Assembly (NCBI GenBank): GCA_964252035.1
Contig: OZ176201.1
DNA from: Podarcis erhardii
Lineage: Eukaryota
Direction: 5' to 3' (one strand)
Length of the DNA: 64,000 bases
The notes under the pieces are model-generated. The model had not been told where the DNA came from. It searched no databases and worked only from the letters and a program-made list of their open reading frames with translations. The position numbers were made by a program, and so were the translations under genes. This document shows positions 49,156 to 61,044 of this stretch, piece by piece. How positions within the stretch are numbered: the first letter of the stretch is position 1; each line of letters starts with the position of its first letter.

Positions 49156-52100
49156 TAAATCCAGACTTGCTGTGCCTAGATTTGCTACTAATCCATTAAT
49201 CACATCACCCTGCCGCATTCAATAGACAGAGTTCCAGGTCTTTCAGACAAATCCTTTAGGACAGGTAGCTGAGATCTGTGCTCCGCCGGAAAGGTACCTG
49301 GTCTAGCCCCTCAGATGTCATCTGGGTAGTCATCAATAGCAGACCCAGATAGAACATGCTACAGTAGTCTAGCTGTGAGGTCACAAAAGCATATTTGCTA
49401 GGTTTGGGTAGCATTAAAAAAGGTATCCCAAAATGTAGCCAGATGCATTATAAGGCTATGAACCAGAAAAGCTAGAGGAGTCGCAGTCCCCCTTCCCCAA
49501 GATCTGCTTCCTTCATTGCCGTCTTGCCAAGAGCAATCTTCAGTAGTCTCACATGGATGCAGCCCTTCATTGAAGAATCAAAGTAAGATGTAAAGGGCTA
49601 TATCCTAGCAGACTGGTGACACACACTGAACACTTCACAATCTCATTTAGCGGCTTCATGTTTATTTTCAAAAGGTGAGATACTTGGTTGGAACCTAATA
49701 AGATTCTAGAGCAGGACTCGCCAACACAGTGGCTGCAAAAGGTTGGACTATTACTCCCATCAGCCTCAGCGAGCTTGGCCAGTGATCATGGATGAGGGGA
49801 ATCGTGATTCAACAACACTGCTATCCTAGAGGGGAAATGCCATGAGCAGATAGATCTATGCCCTACAAACCAGCAGTGAGTAAGACCACTCTAAAGGATA
49901 CAAATGGCGGCAAGGGGCATCATAAAGTCACTCAAACAATATGAACTATTTGATGAACTATGTGGAAGCCTGCAGAAAGGTTTTGTGAGCTCAACAGGTG
50001 GAAATGGTTTGTTTCTACCTCAAGGTTAAGATCGCTAACAAGGACCACAAATGCTATGGGCCAAGTTTGGGGGAGGAAAAGGGAAACATTTTTAAAAAGT
50101 CTAGAAAAATAAATGGTATTGGGAAATGCAGAAGAAACAGAATCAAGGAGCCTTCCTTGGGGAAGGTTTAAAACTAATTCATCACTGGTTAGTAGCTAAC
50201 ATGCTACCTACCTACAGATGATGTTGGGCTATACAGTTCCCAACATCTCTAACCACTGACCATGCTGGCTGGCAGTGTTGGGAGCTCAAAGTTCAACAAT
50301 TTTCGGAAGGCACCACTTTGGTTCTTGCTAGGGTGGGGAGCCTGGACCCAATATTGATTCTCTCTCTTTTAACCAGGGACTGAATTACTGTGGGTTTAAG
50401 GCTGTCCAGCACTCTCCCCAAATAATCCCTGTGTTGTTGGTTTTTTTAAAAAAAAAAACACCACAGCCAAAGGACCCAATTTCTCCCTGTTTCCATGTCT
50501 TTGTATGATTTTAGGCAGGGTTGTGTTATAAAAAAGAACGGCGTCTTTTACTTCTCAGAATTGCTTCTGCTGCTTTTTCAGCACACACAGAGAGAGCTCA
50601 AATCGGCTTCAGGTACAGACATAGTTCATATCACATCCAAGGCTTTAAACAAGCACATTACATGTCAGGAATAGCATGGAAGAAGATGCCCACCTGCTGC
50701 TGTCTCCAACCCTGAGGCTGCAAGGGCTTAAAGCATCAAGGCCTGTCGAAGACATTGCTTCTCTCAGAAAGCCAATTACCCTGCCCCCTCTTCTTCTTTA
50801 AACTGTTTATCCCTCTCCCGTCATGTTACCATACCTGGGTCTCTCTCAGCCCACCCACCGCATATGGATGCAGCTCCCACTCAGTGCCTGCAGAGCCATC
50901 TGCCACCGAGTGCTTCCTGTTGCAGTTCAGCTGATTAGCAGCACACAGGAAGCGCCAATCTGGAAGGTGTGATTTGTCATTCCACTCCAGTCACCCTGCC
51001 GTGGGGGCAGCTTCCCACTCGGCTTTGCAGGGCGAGGTTTTCTCCTGACCCTGAGATATTGGCTGGCTGGATTAGCAGGGAAGCTGCTCCCATAGACCTT
51101 AAGCCATTATAAACAAGCTGGAAAGGGTTGGTGCCTGCCTCCGACAGACACTGCCTCCTGCTAGGAGCCCCATCCATTCACATTTTCAAGCGGCTGCCTG
51201 CAGACCCAGGAGCTGCACAGCTTTCCTGTGGGAGTCACATGGCATGTGCTATTCCCCGTTCAAGTACTGGCACAGGAACATTTAGTCCCACGCAGCCAGA
51301 GTTGGCAAGAGCTTGTGCGAGGCACCCCTTGTTTGCCAAGAGAGGTGTCTGCATTGATTCCATTGAGTCATGAAAGCGACGTGTGTGCCCTTCTGAGATG
51401 AAAGTACAGTGCATGAAGTGACAGCCAAAACCAAGCAAATCACTCTTCCTTTCGAAAGCTGCAGGTGCCGGGCACCCAAGCGGGTTAGGATGGATGACAC
51501 TAGATCTGTTGCAAAGGCAAGAAGAGAGGAACTGCTCATGAACAATCTTCCATAGTTGAATTATAAATACTTAACGGGGGGGGGGGCTGTGAGGAATTAT
51601 GGGATGCAGAGTATCCATAGTTCAAGTGCCATACACACAAGAACCAACGGTCTCACTCTACAAACTTTTGGACCTATTCCATTTTCTATAACCCCTCCTT
51701 CACTCCGCTGACTGCCAGCAGCCTGCTTTTTTCTCAAAGGACACCCCTTCTGTCACCTTCCACTTCATGTGGTAAAATCAGCTTATCATAGCACCACAAA
51801 TAATGCAGTGGACCACAGAGCAGCTAGGGCCTTTCCTCTCCGCCTTGACTGCTGTCTAGCAGAATCACTAAGAACAGGATCCAGATGCTCAGTCCTTGGT
51901 AGGGCACTGGAGAACCCAGTGACCTTGCCCTCTTCCCAGTGGCCATGTCCCTTTATGAAAACAGCAGAGCTAAGCAATGCTTCACCATCTGCTAGGCATC
52001 ACAAGAACAGACACAGCTGAAACAGGCACAACTTTCATTGAGCAACATCAGTGATGGTAAAGGAGCATCCAAGCCGTTTTTGTTTTTTTTAAAAAAAAAC

Positions 52101-52899
52101 CTCTCTCACAGAAACAATTGCAAATGCTGAAGCAGCCCAGGGATTCATACCAGCACACAGTGCAGAAAACAATGGTAGCAAGACAAACTGCAGCTCCATA
52201 ATTGCTAAAACACAACCTAAGGGTGAAAGAATTACAAGTGACTTTCACATGCAACAGACACAAATTGGAAGAGGCTTTGATCATTGGCTTGCCACCCTGC
52301 CTGTGGAGCTGCTAAAATTGTAAATAAGATCCAAAAACAGTTATACTGGCACGAGATTTGGTGTCCAATTCTATTATTCCTGAATGACTAGTGTGAGTCC
52401 CACACTGAATGGCATGTGGGTCTTTACTCAGCTGGACTTTATTCAAATATGCCTGAATGTCACTGTGACTGAACTGGAGGCATCAACCACACCAAACCTA
52501 TGTCACTACTTTTAAAAACAAACCTGTTCTCGTTTCCATTAGGGCTGGTGTTTCTTTTTAAAAAGTACATTCACAATTCATGCTAGTTGCAGCAGAATTG
52601 CTGAACTTCATTTGACTTTTGCAAAGATAAAATTCAGATTGGAAGTAGTAGGTGGTTGAACAACCCTCATAAAAATGTAGGCTTTTCGTTCCAAGTTCCT
52701 GGCAGCCAGATGATTGCAGAAACGGTTTTAAATTTGCTGCCTCTCCCCGCCGCCACCACCTACACAGAAAATATGAGTCAAATTCATAATAAACACAAGC
52801 ACGACATTTATTTAGGAAAGTAAAGAAACAATTTAGGATGAGAGGAGAATAAGGAGAAGTATGGGGCTAACGTTGTGGGGTGGCCTATTTTAAGTCACT

Positions 52900-53560
52900 G
52901 TCCTTGAAGCCCCGCCACGAGGATCTTCGCCTGCAACACATTTTTAAGTGATTGCAAATTCACATTAGAGTGGGGGAAAGGGTCGGTTTAGAAAGAAAAG
53001 AGCACCAACGGGCCGGGTAGTCAGAGACGTCCATGGCAAACCGAGGCTTTGCCTTGCAACACAGGAAGTCCTGTCTCCAGATAAAAGGAATGACCAGGCT
53101 TCCCACTGAGCAGCGCGCGCTGATTTTGACGGGCAGGTCCACAGCCAATGAAAATAGGCGGGACCGAAAAGGAACAGCCCCACCCACCCTGGAGGTACCG
53201 AGCGGAAGGTGACCGAACTTCGAGCCTCCGGGACTGGGCGCAGCGGCAAAGGAGATGGAACCCCCGGTGAGAAACGCGGGGGGGGGAGGGGGGTTCCCCG
53301 GGTCCGCCCCCCAGAGGGGGGGGGCTGCGCCCGCGTGAAGCAGCTCCCGCTGCTCGGTGAGCAGACCTTCCCACAATGCTCCGCGGGCGGGTGTGTTTGT
53401 GTGTTGGGGCTCCCAGCATCCCCTTCGGAGGGGCACGAACGTGTGAATGGACTCCCTTCTACTGCTGCCACGCTAACTGTCCGCATAGGATTGTTCCTGG
53501 GGGCGGGATACGGGCCGCGCTCCAAGGCTGCTGGCTCCCTTTCTCTCCCCCAGCCCCCGC
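52900..53560 (+). promoter_or_regulatory. CpG-island, TATA-less promoter and exon 1 region of APEH
   Basis: Sharp rise in GC and CpG; ETS-type CAGGAAGT 53062-53069, CCAAT 53145-53149, GC box GGCGGG 53157-53162, upstream of ATG 53255. Confidence 0.75.
53255..53266 (+). CDS. APEH: APEH exon 1 coding part (MEPP)
   Basis: GAGATGG context, ATG GAA CCC CCG|GTGAGA; 12 nt, parallels human N-terminus MERQ; phase fits exon 2. Confidence 0.8.
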
Positions 53561-54456
53561 TTTTCAGAGCTGCGAGATGAGCACAACTGCAACATGTGAA
53601 ACAAGTCTTCTCCACAGGCACACCCGGCCAGTATGGAGATGTAATTGGGGGTGGGTGGCAACTCTTCTTTATATCTCCAGTCAAAAGAAAAAAAAGTTCC
53701 TTTCGCAGTACTTCAGCATCCCTCTACTCTTCCCCCTCCCAAAAAAATTTAAAAAATCACGTGCACACAAGGTGGGAACCGTCACGGCTCTGAAACATTT
53801 GTTTTTTAGCGTGTTGACCTGGCATGGTTTAAGAACCCTGAGCGCATGGGTGACTGGATGTGGCACGATTTTAGGTTGCTACAGGGGGAAAGTCTTAAGG
53901 TGGTGGTGGAGAGGGGGGTGGTTATCTTTATTCTTTGTCACCACACTGTTGTTCCCATATATCAAGTGGATTATTAGGGTAAGGTTCCTCACTTGCTTCG
54001 GAGAAGGGAGGACTGAGTGTATGAAGTAGCTGTTGTAGCAGAGAGAACGGGACTTTGAACTCTTGCACTAAAGGAGACCTGTTGCTTTAGGGCAGGAGTG
54101 GCTGACCTTTGGCTCTTGGACACAGTGTGGCAGGTAGATTGGGTGGAGGTGTCCCTCTGCTCAGCTCTGCTGGCCTCCACCTGCACAGTGGCATCATTCT
54201 GCCAGTATGGACCCCCCCTGTTCTGCCTGCTGAGCCTGCAAGTGTATGCAAGTGCCACTGGCAGGATCCCCGTCAGCAGCGCCCCACACAAAGCCCCAAA
54301 ATTGGGTGACGTGAAGGCAGGGAAGGGCTGAACCAGCCTGAGATCCATTGCATTGCAAGTCAGCCTCACTGCTGATGGTACTGGACCCTGTCTCCATTCA
54401 ACTGCTGCACCAGCTCCAGGCATCCCCACACCTTCCACCCTGGCCAGCCGAAACAG

Positions 54457-54589
54457 CATGGGTGTAGCCAAGGGGGGGGCAGCTGCCCCCCTAATCAATA
54501 AAAACCAGCAAGAATGCATAGCTAACTGAGGTTCTGCCCTCCCTAACAAAAGTCCTGCCCCCCTAACAAAAATCCTCACTGCGTCCATG
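54457..54589. mobile_element. hAT-like MITE
   Basis: CATGGGTGTAG...CTGCGTCCATG imperfect TIRs, internal GGGGGGGCAGCTGCCCCCC palindrome; no TSD seen. Confidence 0.45.
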
Positions 54590-54629
54590 GCAGCCATGGC
54601 AATCTGATAAACAGTACTTCTGTCTGCTC

Positions 54630-54768
54630 AGGGTTTGAATTTTGCAACCTAAATGATGTTGGACTCTCAACTCCTACCATCTCTGACCACTGGTCATGTT
54701 AGCTGAGGTGGAGTCCAACAACATCTGGAGGGCCACAGCTTCCCTATCCTTGGTTTAGAAAAAAAAAC
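54630..54768. mobile_element. Decayed MITE related to 40674..40809
   Basis: ATGTTGGACT..CAACTCC..CCATCTCTGACCACTGGTC..CAACATCTGGAGGGCC; weaker relatives near 49720-49830 and 50215-50310. Confidence 0.5.
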
Positions 54769-55814
54769 ACAAAGGAGAAGGGGGAGCTGGGGGAGCAGGA
54801 AGGATATAGGAAGAGTTCTTCCTGGACACCTTTCCAAACAAAATTCTGTAGTTGTAAGTGGCCCAAGGTTATTCCCTGATGGCACAAATGAAATGTTAAT
54901 GAGCAAGGGAGGCAGGGAATGTTTTTACCCTCCTCCTATTTAGCTTCAATGACAATTGATGTCTCTTTTGCATGGAAGTTGCTGATTCGGGATCCTCACA
55001 TGCTTGTGAACTTTTCAGATAGAAGGAGTGATAACTGGCCTTTAATTACCATGTGATTGCCTGCCCTGCCTTTCCAAAGTAAATAGTGTGCCAAATGTAG
55101 CTATTGAAACTTTGTCCTTCCACAAACCATGTTTCAATTGCTGCAGGCTGCTGGGTTGATGAATGTATTGGTAGTTGAAAAAGCACCTTTGCTGCTGGTA
55201 CAGAACAGACTTCCTGGTTTTGTCTGTTTCAAAAACAAGTAGACAAGAAACATCCAGCTCTTTTCTGTTTTGGATTTCAAACTTGGGACAAAACAAGTCT
55301 TGTGTGTCACCTTAAAGATTAACTAAGGACCCAGAATGTTCCAGGAGAAAGGACTTATAAGTAATATAGATTGTGTATTGGTTGTGGTGGAAAACTGAGC
55401 AGGAGACAGGGAGAAACATACACCCTATATCAGTGTGGCAGCTTAATTTGCTCAGAAGCAGGTGATGAGCTTCTCTCTCCTATCTACAGCAGTGATGTGA
55501 TTTTTCCTGTATGCACATCAGTACATCTGCTTAGGTAAGAAAAGAAGTTAGGAGCAGCTGCTACAGCCAACCTTCCTCTAACCTGCAGAAGGTGCAAAGC
55601 CAGGACTGCTATGTCTCCAGCTAGCTGTGTGCTCTCTCCTTCAACTCACCAAAGTGTCCCCACCTTACATGCTTCCTGCCCTCTGTTCCAGCTTCTCACC
55701 CGGAAGCAGTTGTTACTTGCCACGAGCAAAGGGCTAATTGCAAGCATGTTTGTGTTGCTTTTACCTGGAGTTGGTCCCAACTAATTATGCTGCTGCTTTC
55801 TTTTTATTGTGCAG

Positions 55815-55944
55815 TTGTTGAATGACGCAGAGGAGATAGCTGCCTTGTATCGTGAGCTTAGCCAGTTCCCATCTCTTTCCAGTGCCTCTATTGGGCCAGA
55901 GGTAACAACTCAGTATGGTGGGAAATACTGCAACGTTTACACAG
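55815..55944 (+). CDS. APEH: APEH exon 2
   Basis: GTGCAG|...G|GTAAAC; LLNDAEEIAALYRELS...GPEVTTQYGGKY. Confidence 0.93.
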
Positions 55945-56399
55945 GTAAACCCTCTCCTTCATAGTTGCCAACATTAGTTGGGACCCGTGTTTATATTGCG
56001 ATTCACTTTGGGATGCCTCATGAGAAGCAATGAGTACATTTTTCTTTGCCTTGCCTTGAACCATCACTCCTGACAAGATAAACCAGGAGACTAGCTGTCA
56101 GCACCAGAGTTTCTGTGGCTTTGACTGGCTGCTTCAGTATCAAACCAACTTTCATCTTCCTCTGATGATCATAAGAAATAAAGCCCAAAGATAGGGCTGT
56201 TGGCATTCTTGGCCATGGAATGGGCATGATGGGCCTTTATACATACATTCAATGTATAGGCGACCCTATAACTTCTCTGGGCAGTTCTCTGGGCAGCTTA
56301 ATGGGATTTAAAACACACACAGAGAGGCCAAAATTAACAGTAAAACAAACTACAATCTGTATCATTACATAGTCACTAATCACATTAAAACAGGTCCCT

Positions 56400-56550
56400 G
56401 GGTATGGTCTGAATGCACATGAGGTCACCGCTTTGCTGAAGCTAAGCAGGCCTGAGTATGGTCAGTGTCTGGATGGGAGACCACCTGCCAACCACGTTGT
56501 GAGCCATGACAGAAGAAGGGTGGGATATAAATGTAAGAAAGTAAATAAAA
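56400..56550 (+). mobile_element. 5S rRNA-derived SINE-like fragment
   Basis: GAAGCTAAGCAGG..TGGTCAGTGTCTGGATGGGAGACCACCTG (56438-56487) resembles the 5S internal control region; followed by GGGTGGGATATAAATGTAAG..TAAATAAA tail. Confidence 0.55.
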
Positions 56551-56865
56551 TATTTTTTGCAGCAACAAATCAATGTAAAATGGGGGGCAATGGAATAAAA
56601 TCTGCAGAAGTCAAACCAGGATGAAATCATATCTTTAGACATGGGAAAATAAAGTTATTTGACTGGTGCTGGAAATATATTAAGGTAGGTTGACAGGCAA
56701 GTCTCTTGTGTGGGGAGGCTCCTCTTGTCTGCTCCTGGTCTTGCCTGAAATAGTTGGGGGAAGAGGAGGATGGGACAGTGATGTTGGGATTTTTTGTGGT
56801 AGAGGAAGATTGGTTCTTTATGTGGTAGGCTGGACAGAAACTGAGTTCTCTCATTCCCTTTACAG

Positions 56866-56992
56866 AGTGGTCTCAGCGAGACTTGGAAAGAGCTGAAAAT
56901 ATAAAATTCTGCCATCAGTACCTCATCTTCCATGACAGCCACTCCATCGTGTACTCAAGCCCCTCTGGCAATTGCACAGAAATCAAGGGAGA
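56866..56992 (+). CDS. APEH: APEH exon 3
   Basis: TTTACAG|...GA|GTAAGT; EWSQRDLERAENIKFCHQYLIFHD. Confidence 0.95.
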
Positions 56993-57902
56993 GTAAGTCT
57001 CTTGTTTGTTGTGTTTCACCACGCTTTCTGCAGAAACAGCATATGACTACCCAAAGCCTTGTGCTGAAGGGGGTCTCCCAAGGATCAGCACAGCCTTGAA
57101 CCTCCAGTGCCAGGGATACATGTTCTGCACCAAAACAATCCAAACCCTTTAATGAGATCAGACTGCTGTATTTTCAGAATTATTTGAGAGTCCATAACTT
57201 TGGACCGAAAGGGCCTCTAAGGCAGCTGACTGAAAATCAGAACACTAAAACAATGGTTAAGTGCCCTAATCTGCAATATCTAGCACTGTCAGAAGCCACA
57301 GGGAAAGACAAAACTGCAAACCTGCCCAGCAGCATACACTTACTGAGCAGGAACTTCTGGGAAATCCCAGTTTTTACTGCTTACTAAAGATAAGCAGGCC
57401 TTGGTTGGCAGGGGTGTTCCACAGCTGTGGCACCACACTTAAAAAGGCTCTCTCTTGTGTCATCCTGCCCTGAGGAAACGTGAGGTGAGGTAGTTCTTCT
57501 AATACATTATATGTATTGCCATACGTTTACTTTATTACCAAATGACAATGGAGATGATCCACATGACCCATCCACCCCTTGCAATATCCTAGCTTGGTGT
57601 GTTCCAAAGCCTCTTGTGTGTGGTGTTTGTTTGTTGCCCTTTGCATCAGAAGGACCCCTTCCTTGGTGTCAGCACTGGCTGTTTCTCCCAGGACAGAGGG
57701 GCTGCTCCCCTCAGGCATAGCCAGCATGGCCACTGATGGGGAGTGGGGAGCCCAACAACACCTGGAGGGCCACATGTCCCCTGCTTGTCCTGGAAGGATG
57801 GGCACAGTCTGAGCTGCCTTCCTTTCTGGTACCTTCTTTGTCCTGGCCTGTGCCTGACCAAAGCCATCTTTCCTAGGCTAACCATCCCGTTTTCCTTCTT
57901 AG

Positions 57903-57993
57903 GCTGCTCAGTCGGGACTCTCCCAGTGGAGCACAGAAAGCCGTTCTACGAAAGACTAGCAACACCAAAGGCGAAGAGAAACAGTTCCTAGAG
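57903..57993 (+). CDS. APEH: APEH exon 4
   Basis: CTTCTTAG|...GAG|GTATAT; LLSRDSPSGAQKAVLRK...EEKQFLE. Confidence 0.95.
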
Positions 57994-58340
57994 GTATATA
58001 TAGCTGGCTTGAAGAAAGCTGAGCGAAGAGACATACCCTGGCTCTCTAATATGTTTATTCTGTGTAAGGCAGACCTTCCAGAGATGCTCTGCCCTTTCAT
58101 TCCCAGAGCAACGTGGCTTCATATTTGGCCCGTTTGCTCAGTGATTCTCAAACTATCCGTCATGCTTCCAACCCGGGAGGCAGTTGTATGGCAGCTCTGA
58201 CTTGAGTGGCTTTTGCTTCTTTTTGTTTGAAAGGAAAGGGGTCAGTTTGTGGCTCTTTCATGTGGCTCAGGATAGGTCCGGTCTCTGAGAAGACACTGGG
58301 TACATAAGAGACTAAATGTGCCATGTGTCTGCTCCCACAG

Positions 58341-58416
58341 GTGTGGGAAAAGAACCGCAAGGTGAAGAGCATCGAGTTGACAGCCCTGGAGAAGCATGGC
58401 CAGGTGTACGAGGACG
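58341..58416 (+). CDS. APEH: APEH exon 5
   Basis: CCCACAG|...G|GTGAGC; VWEKNRKVKSIELTALEKHGQVYED. Confidence 0.95.
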
Positions 58417-58680
58417 GTGAGCTTTCCTTGCAGCTCTGTTTCCATTTGTAAGAGACAAGGGAAGAGGATAGCTAGGCTCCAACATTCATCCTTTCCTTGC
58501 AGCTCGGGAGTGCTGGTGGTGGTAGGGTGTCCTCCGATATCCCTGATGTGCACTGATAACGGAAGTCATTTTTGTCCTGTTTGAAAAGGGGACCTGGGAA
58601 ACCTAGGAATGCTTCTGGTCATTGCATTTTTGATTGAGGTCAGTCAGTGAAATCTATTGTCATCTTGTTTCCTGCCCCAG

Positions 58681-58841
58681 ATCAATTTGGCTGCTTGGCC
58701 TGGTCACACTCCGAGACGCACCTTCTCTACGTGGCGGAGAAGAAGCGCCCCAAGGCTGAGTCGTTCTTTAAGCCAAAAGCCCCTGAGCTGAGCAGCGAAG
58801 AGGAGCTGGCCAAGACAGAGCGACCAGACAAAGCCATTAAG
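58681..58841 (+). CDS. APEH: APEH exon 6
   Basis: GCCCCAG|...AAG|GTAGAA; FGCLAWSHSETHLLYVAEKKRPKAESFF. Confidence 0.96.
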
Positions 58842-59247
58842 GTAGAATGAACTTCTGCTTTGCCTTGTGTCCTGCGAGCCAGTATTTCAGTTTCTCTTCA
58901 TCATCACCATATGCCATTTTTTTCCATACTCAGAGCAGCTTTATTCATAAGGCAATGCACTACCAATTACACTTATACCTGAAATGCAGTAAAGCTAATG
59001 CTTGCATCTTGAACAGTTGGCTCTGAGGGAGCAGTTGCCTCCGAGGGTGATGTCCCTGCAGTGGAACTGCGGAGTTTGTAAGCAAATGGGGGGGGGGCTC
59101 GCTCACTCTTCAGGAAGTGGGAAGCGCTTGACTGATGCCAAGTTGAAAACCAGTGATGCGGGCGCTGGCAATCTCCCAGGCAGGTGAGACTCCCTTTGCT
59201 GTCACTCGAGCTGCCTCTGCATCAGGATCTCTCTTTGCTTTTCCTAG

Positions 59248-59385
59248 GGAGAGCAGTTTGTGTTCTACGAAGACTGGGGGGAGGCCCTGGTGGCTAAAAG
59301 CACCCCTGTGCTGTGTGTATTGGATATTGAGAGCAACAACGTTTCGGTCCTGGAGAGCGTTCCAGAGCACATCTCCCCTGGGCAG
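59248..59385 (+). CDS. APEH: APEH exon 7
   Basis: TTCCTAG|...CAG|GTCAGT; GEQFVFYEDWGEALVAKSTPVLCVLDIES...SPGQ. Confidence 0.96.
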
Positions 59386-59778
59386 GTCAGTACAGGATAA
59401 ACTGAGGGAGAAGGTTGGCACCCAGTTAAGCCCAGTTGGATAAGGGTATTTTTATTTATTTTAAATACTTGCATTCTGCCTTCTAGCCCCAAGGAGGGGC
59501 TCTAAAAGGAACTTACAGAAGACTTCCACAAGTGTAGTATCTGGAACAGAAACAATGTGGAGTCATCCTCGATGTTGCCTGTTACTCCCACCCCCAAAAG
59601 TGTTATTTGCCAACTCCAATACTATAATAGCTGTTCCAAAATGGCTAGGATATAGTGGGAAAGACTCTGTGCTTGTCGGCCAAGATGCTTCCTTCCTGGA
59701 AAGATAATTTCAAAATTATCTTCTAAGACAAGAGCCAGGGGGTGTTCCCCATCCATTTAATTCCAGGTTTCCATGGTA

Positions 59779-59987
59779 CAGTCATACCTCATGTTACATT
59801 TGCTTCATGTTCCTTTTTTTCAGGTTGTGTCCCGCAGTGACCTGGAAGTACCAGAAAGGGTTACTTCCAGGTTTCGTCACTCGCGCATGCACACAACCGC
59901 CAAATCGCGCCATGCACCATGATGCGGCGCTTCAGGTTGCGAACAGGCCTCCGGAACGGATCCCGTTCGCAACCAGAAGTACCACTG
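59779..59987. mobile_element. Tc1/mariner-type MITE, 209 bp
   Basis: TA|CAGTCATACCTC ... GAAGTACCACTG|TA: TA TSD and imperfect 12-bp TIRs; CpG-rich interior. Confidence 0.75.
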
Positions 59988-60115
59988 TATATATTAGTTG
60001 GGTCATTATACATCTGCTCTTGTCTTCCAACCTATCTTAACCCCGCATGTTGGAGATATGCTAGAGTCACCCACCTGCCTCTCCACACCTGACATGGCAT
60101 TCCCTTCTCTCCCAG

Positions 60116-60207
60116 GCCTTCTGGGCTCCAGGCGACACTGGGGTGGTGTTCACAGGCTGGTGGCACGAGCCCTTCCGCCTAGGGTTGAGGTACTGCACCA
60201 ATCGCAG
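60116..60207 (+). CDS. APEH: APEH exon 8
   Basis: CTCCCAG|...AG|GTAAGT; AFWAPGDTGVVFTGWWHEPFRLGLRYCTNR. Confidence 0.96.
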
Positions 60208-60569
60208 GTAAGTTTCCTACCAGGACAAGTAAGAATCCAAGTGGGATTGACTATATTAGATAGATGAGGGACCAAATTTGGGGGGAGTGGGCCTACAAAC
60301 ATTCTGGGGTCTTTGGGGTTGGAGGTACTTTGTATGCCTGCAAAACACACCTGTAGCCAGGGAGGATGTGGTCTTGTGGCTATGGAGGAGCTTGTGTGGC
60401 TTCATGCAGATGAAGTAGGTGCCCAGATTGGATATGGGCCCTTTTTGATTCTAGAACGTGCCCATTTTCTGTTTGGGAACCACCCTGCTGCCTCATCAGG
60501 AAGAAGTCACCTCTTCACCCTGTCCTTTTAAACAGGGGCGGGAATTGTTTTTGTTTGTTACTATGTTAC

Positions 60570-60650
60570 GTATTTTTGTGATTTTATATTGTAAACCACC
60601 CTCTGATCCTCAGATGAAGGTCGGTATAAAAATGTAATTAATAATAATAT
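60570..60650 (+). mobile_element. LINE/SINE 3' tail fragment
   Basis: TTGTAAACCACCCTCTGATCCTCAGATGAAGGTCGGTATAAAAATGTAATTAATAATAAT, a common squamate retroposon terminus. Confidence 0.45.
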
Positions 60651-60787
60651 TCCTGTTATGTTCCTGTCTGGGTGATGAAGGAGACACTAGCTTGCAAGGA
60701 GACGATAGATGTCCCCACCCCCTTAGCCAGTCTCACGTGATGTTCTCCCATGTAAGCCCCACTTCTGTTTTGTGGTTTTCCTTCCAG

Positions 60788-60828
60788 ATCAGCTATCTTC
60801 TATGTGGACCTGACAGGTGGTCGTTGTG
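60788..60828 (+). CDS. APEH: APEH exon 9
   Basis: CTTCCAG|...G|GTGAGA; SAIFYVDLTGGRC; 41 nt. Confidence 0.93.
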
Positions 60829-60922
60829 GTGAGACATGTTTTCCTGTTTTATCATCATCGTCATCAGCCATGCAGTGACTTCTCAGTCCTCTTTTAATTC
60901 ACTGTCTCCCTTCCCATTGCAG

Positions 60923-61044
60923 AGCTATTATCGGACGACAACAAAGCTATTTGGTCTCCACGCCTGAGCCCAGACCAATGTCGCATTGTGTACCTGGAGA
61001 ACCCGGCATCTGGGCCTCACCAACAGTGCAGCCGTCTCTGCATG
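60923..61044 (+). CDS. APEH: APEH exon 10
   Basis: ATTGCAG|...ATG|GTGAGT; ELLSDDNKAIWSPRLSPDQCRIVYLE. Confidence 0.96.

Noticed and set aside
53549-53660. Possible alternative APEH exon after CCCCCGCTTTTCAG (~53568)
   Set aside because: No convincing downstream donor and no APEH-like coding sequence; cannot be supported without RNA data.
52960-54597. Overlapping ORFs of 120-239 aa at the APEH promoter
   Set aside because: Typical CpG-island stop depletion; no recognisable domain; only ATG GAA CCC CCG fits the spliced APEH frame.
56438-56487. 5S rRNA gene
   Set aside because: Only partial, diverged similarity with a non-5S tail and no array context.
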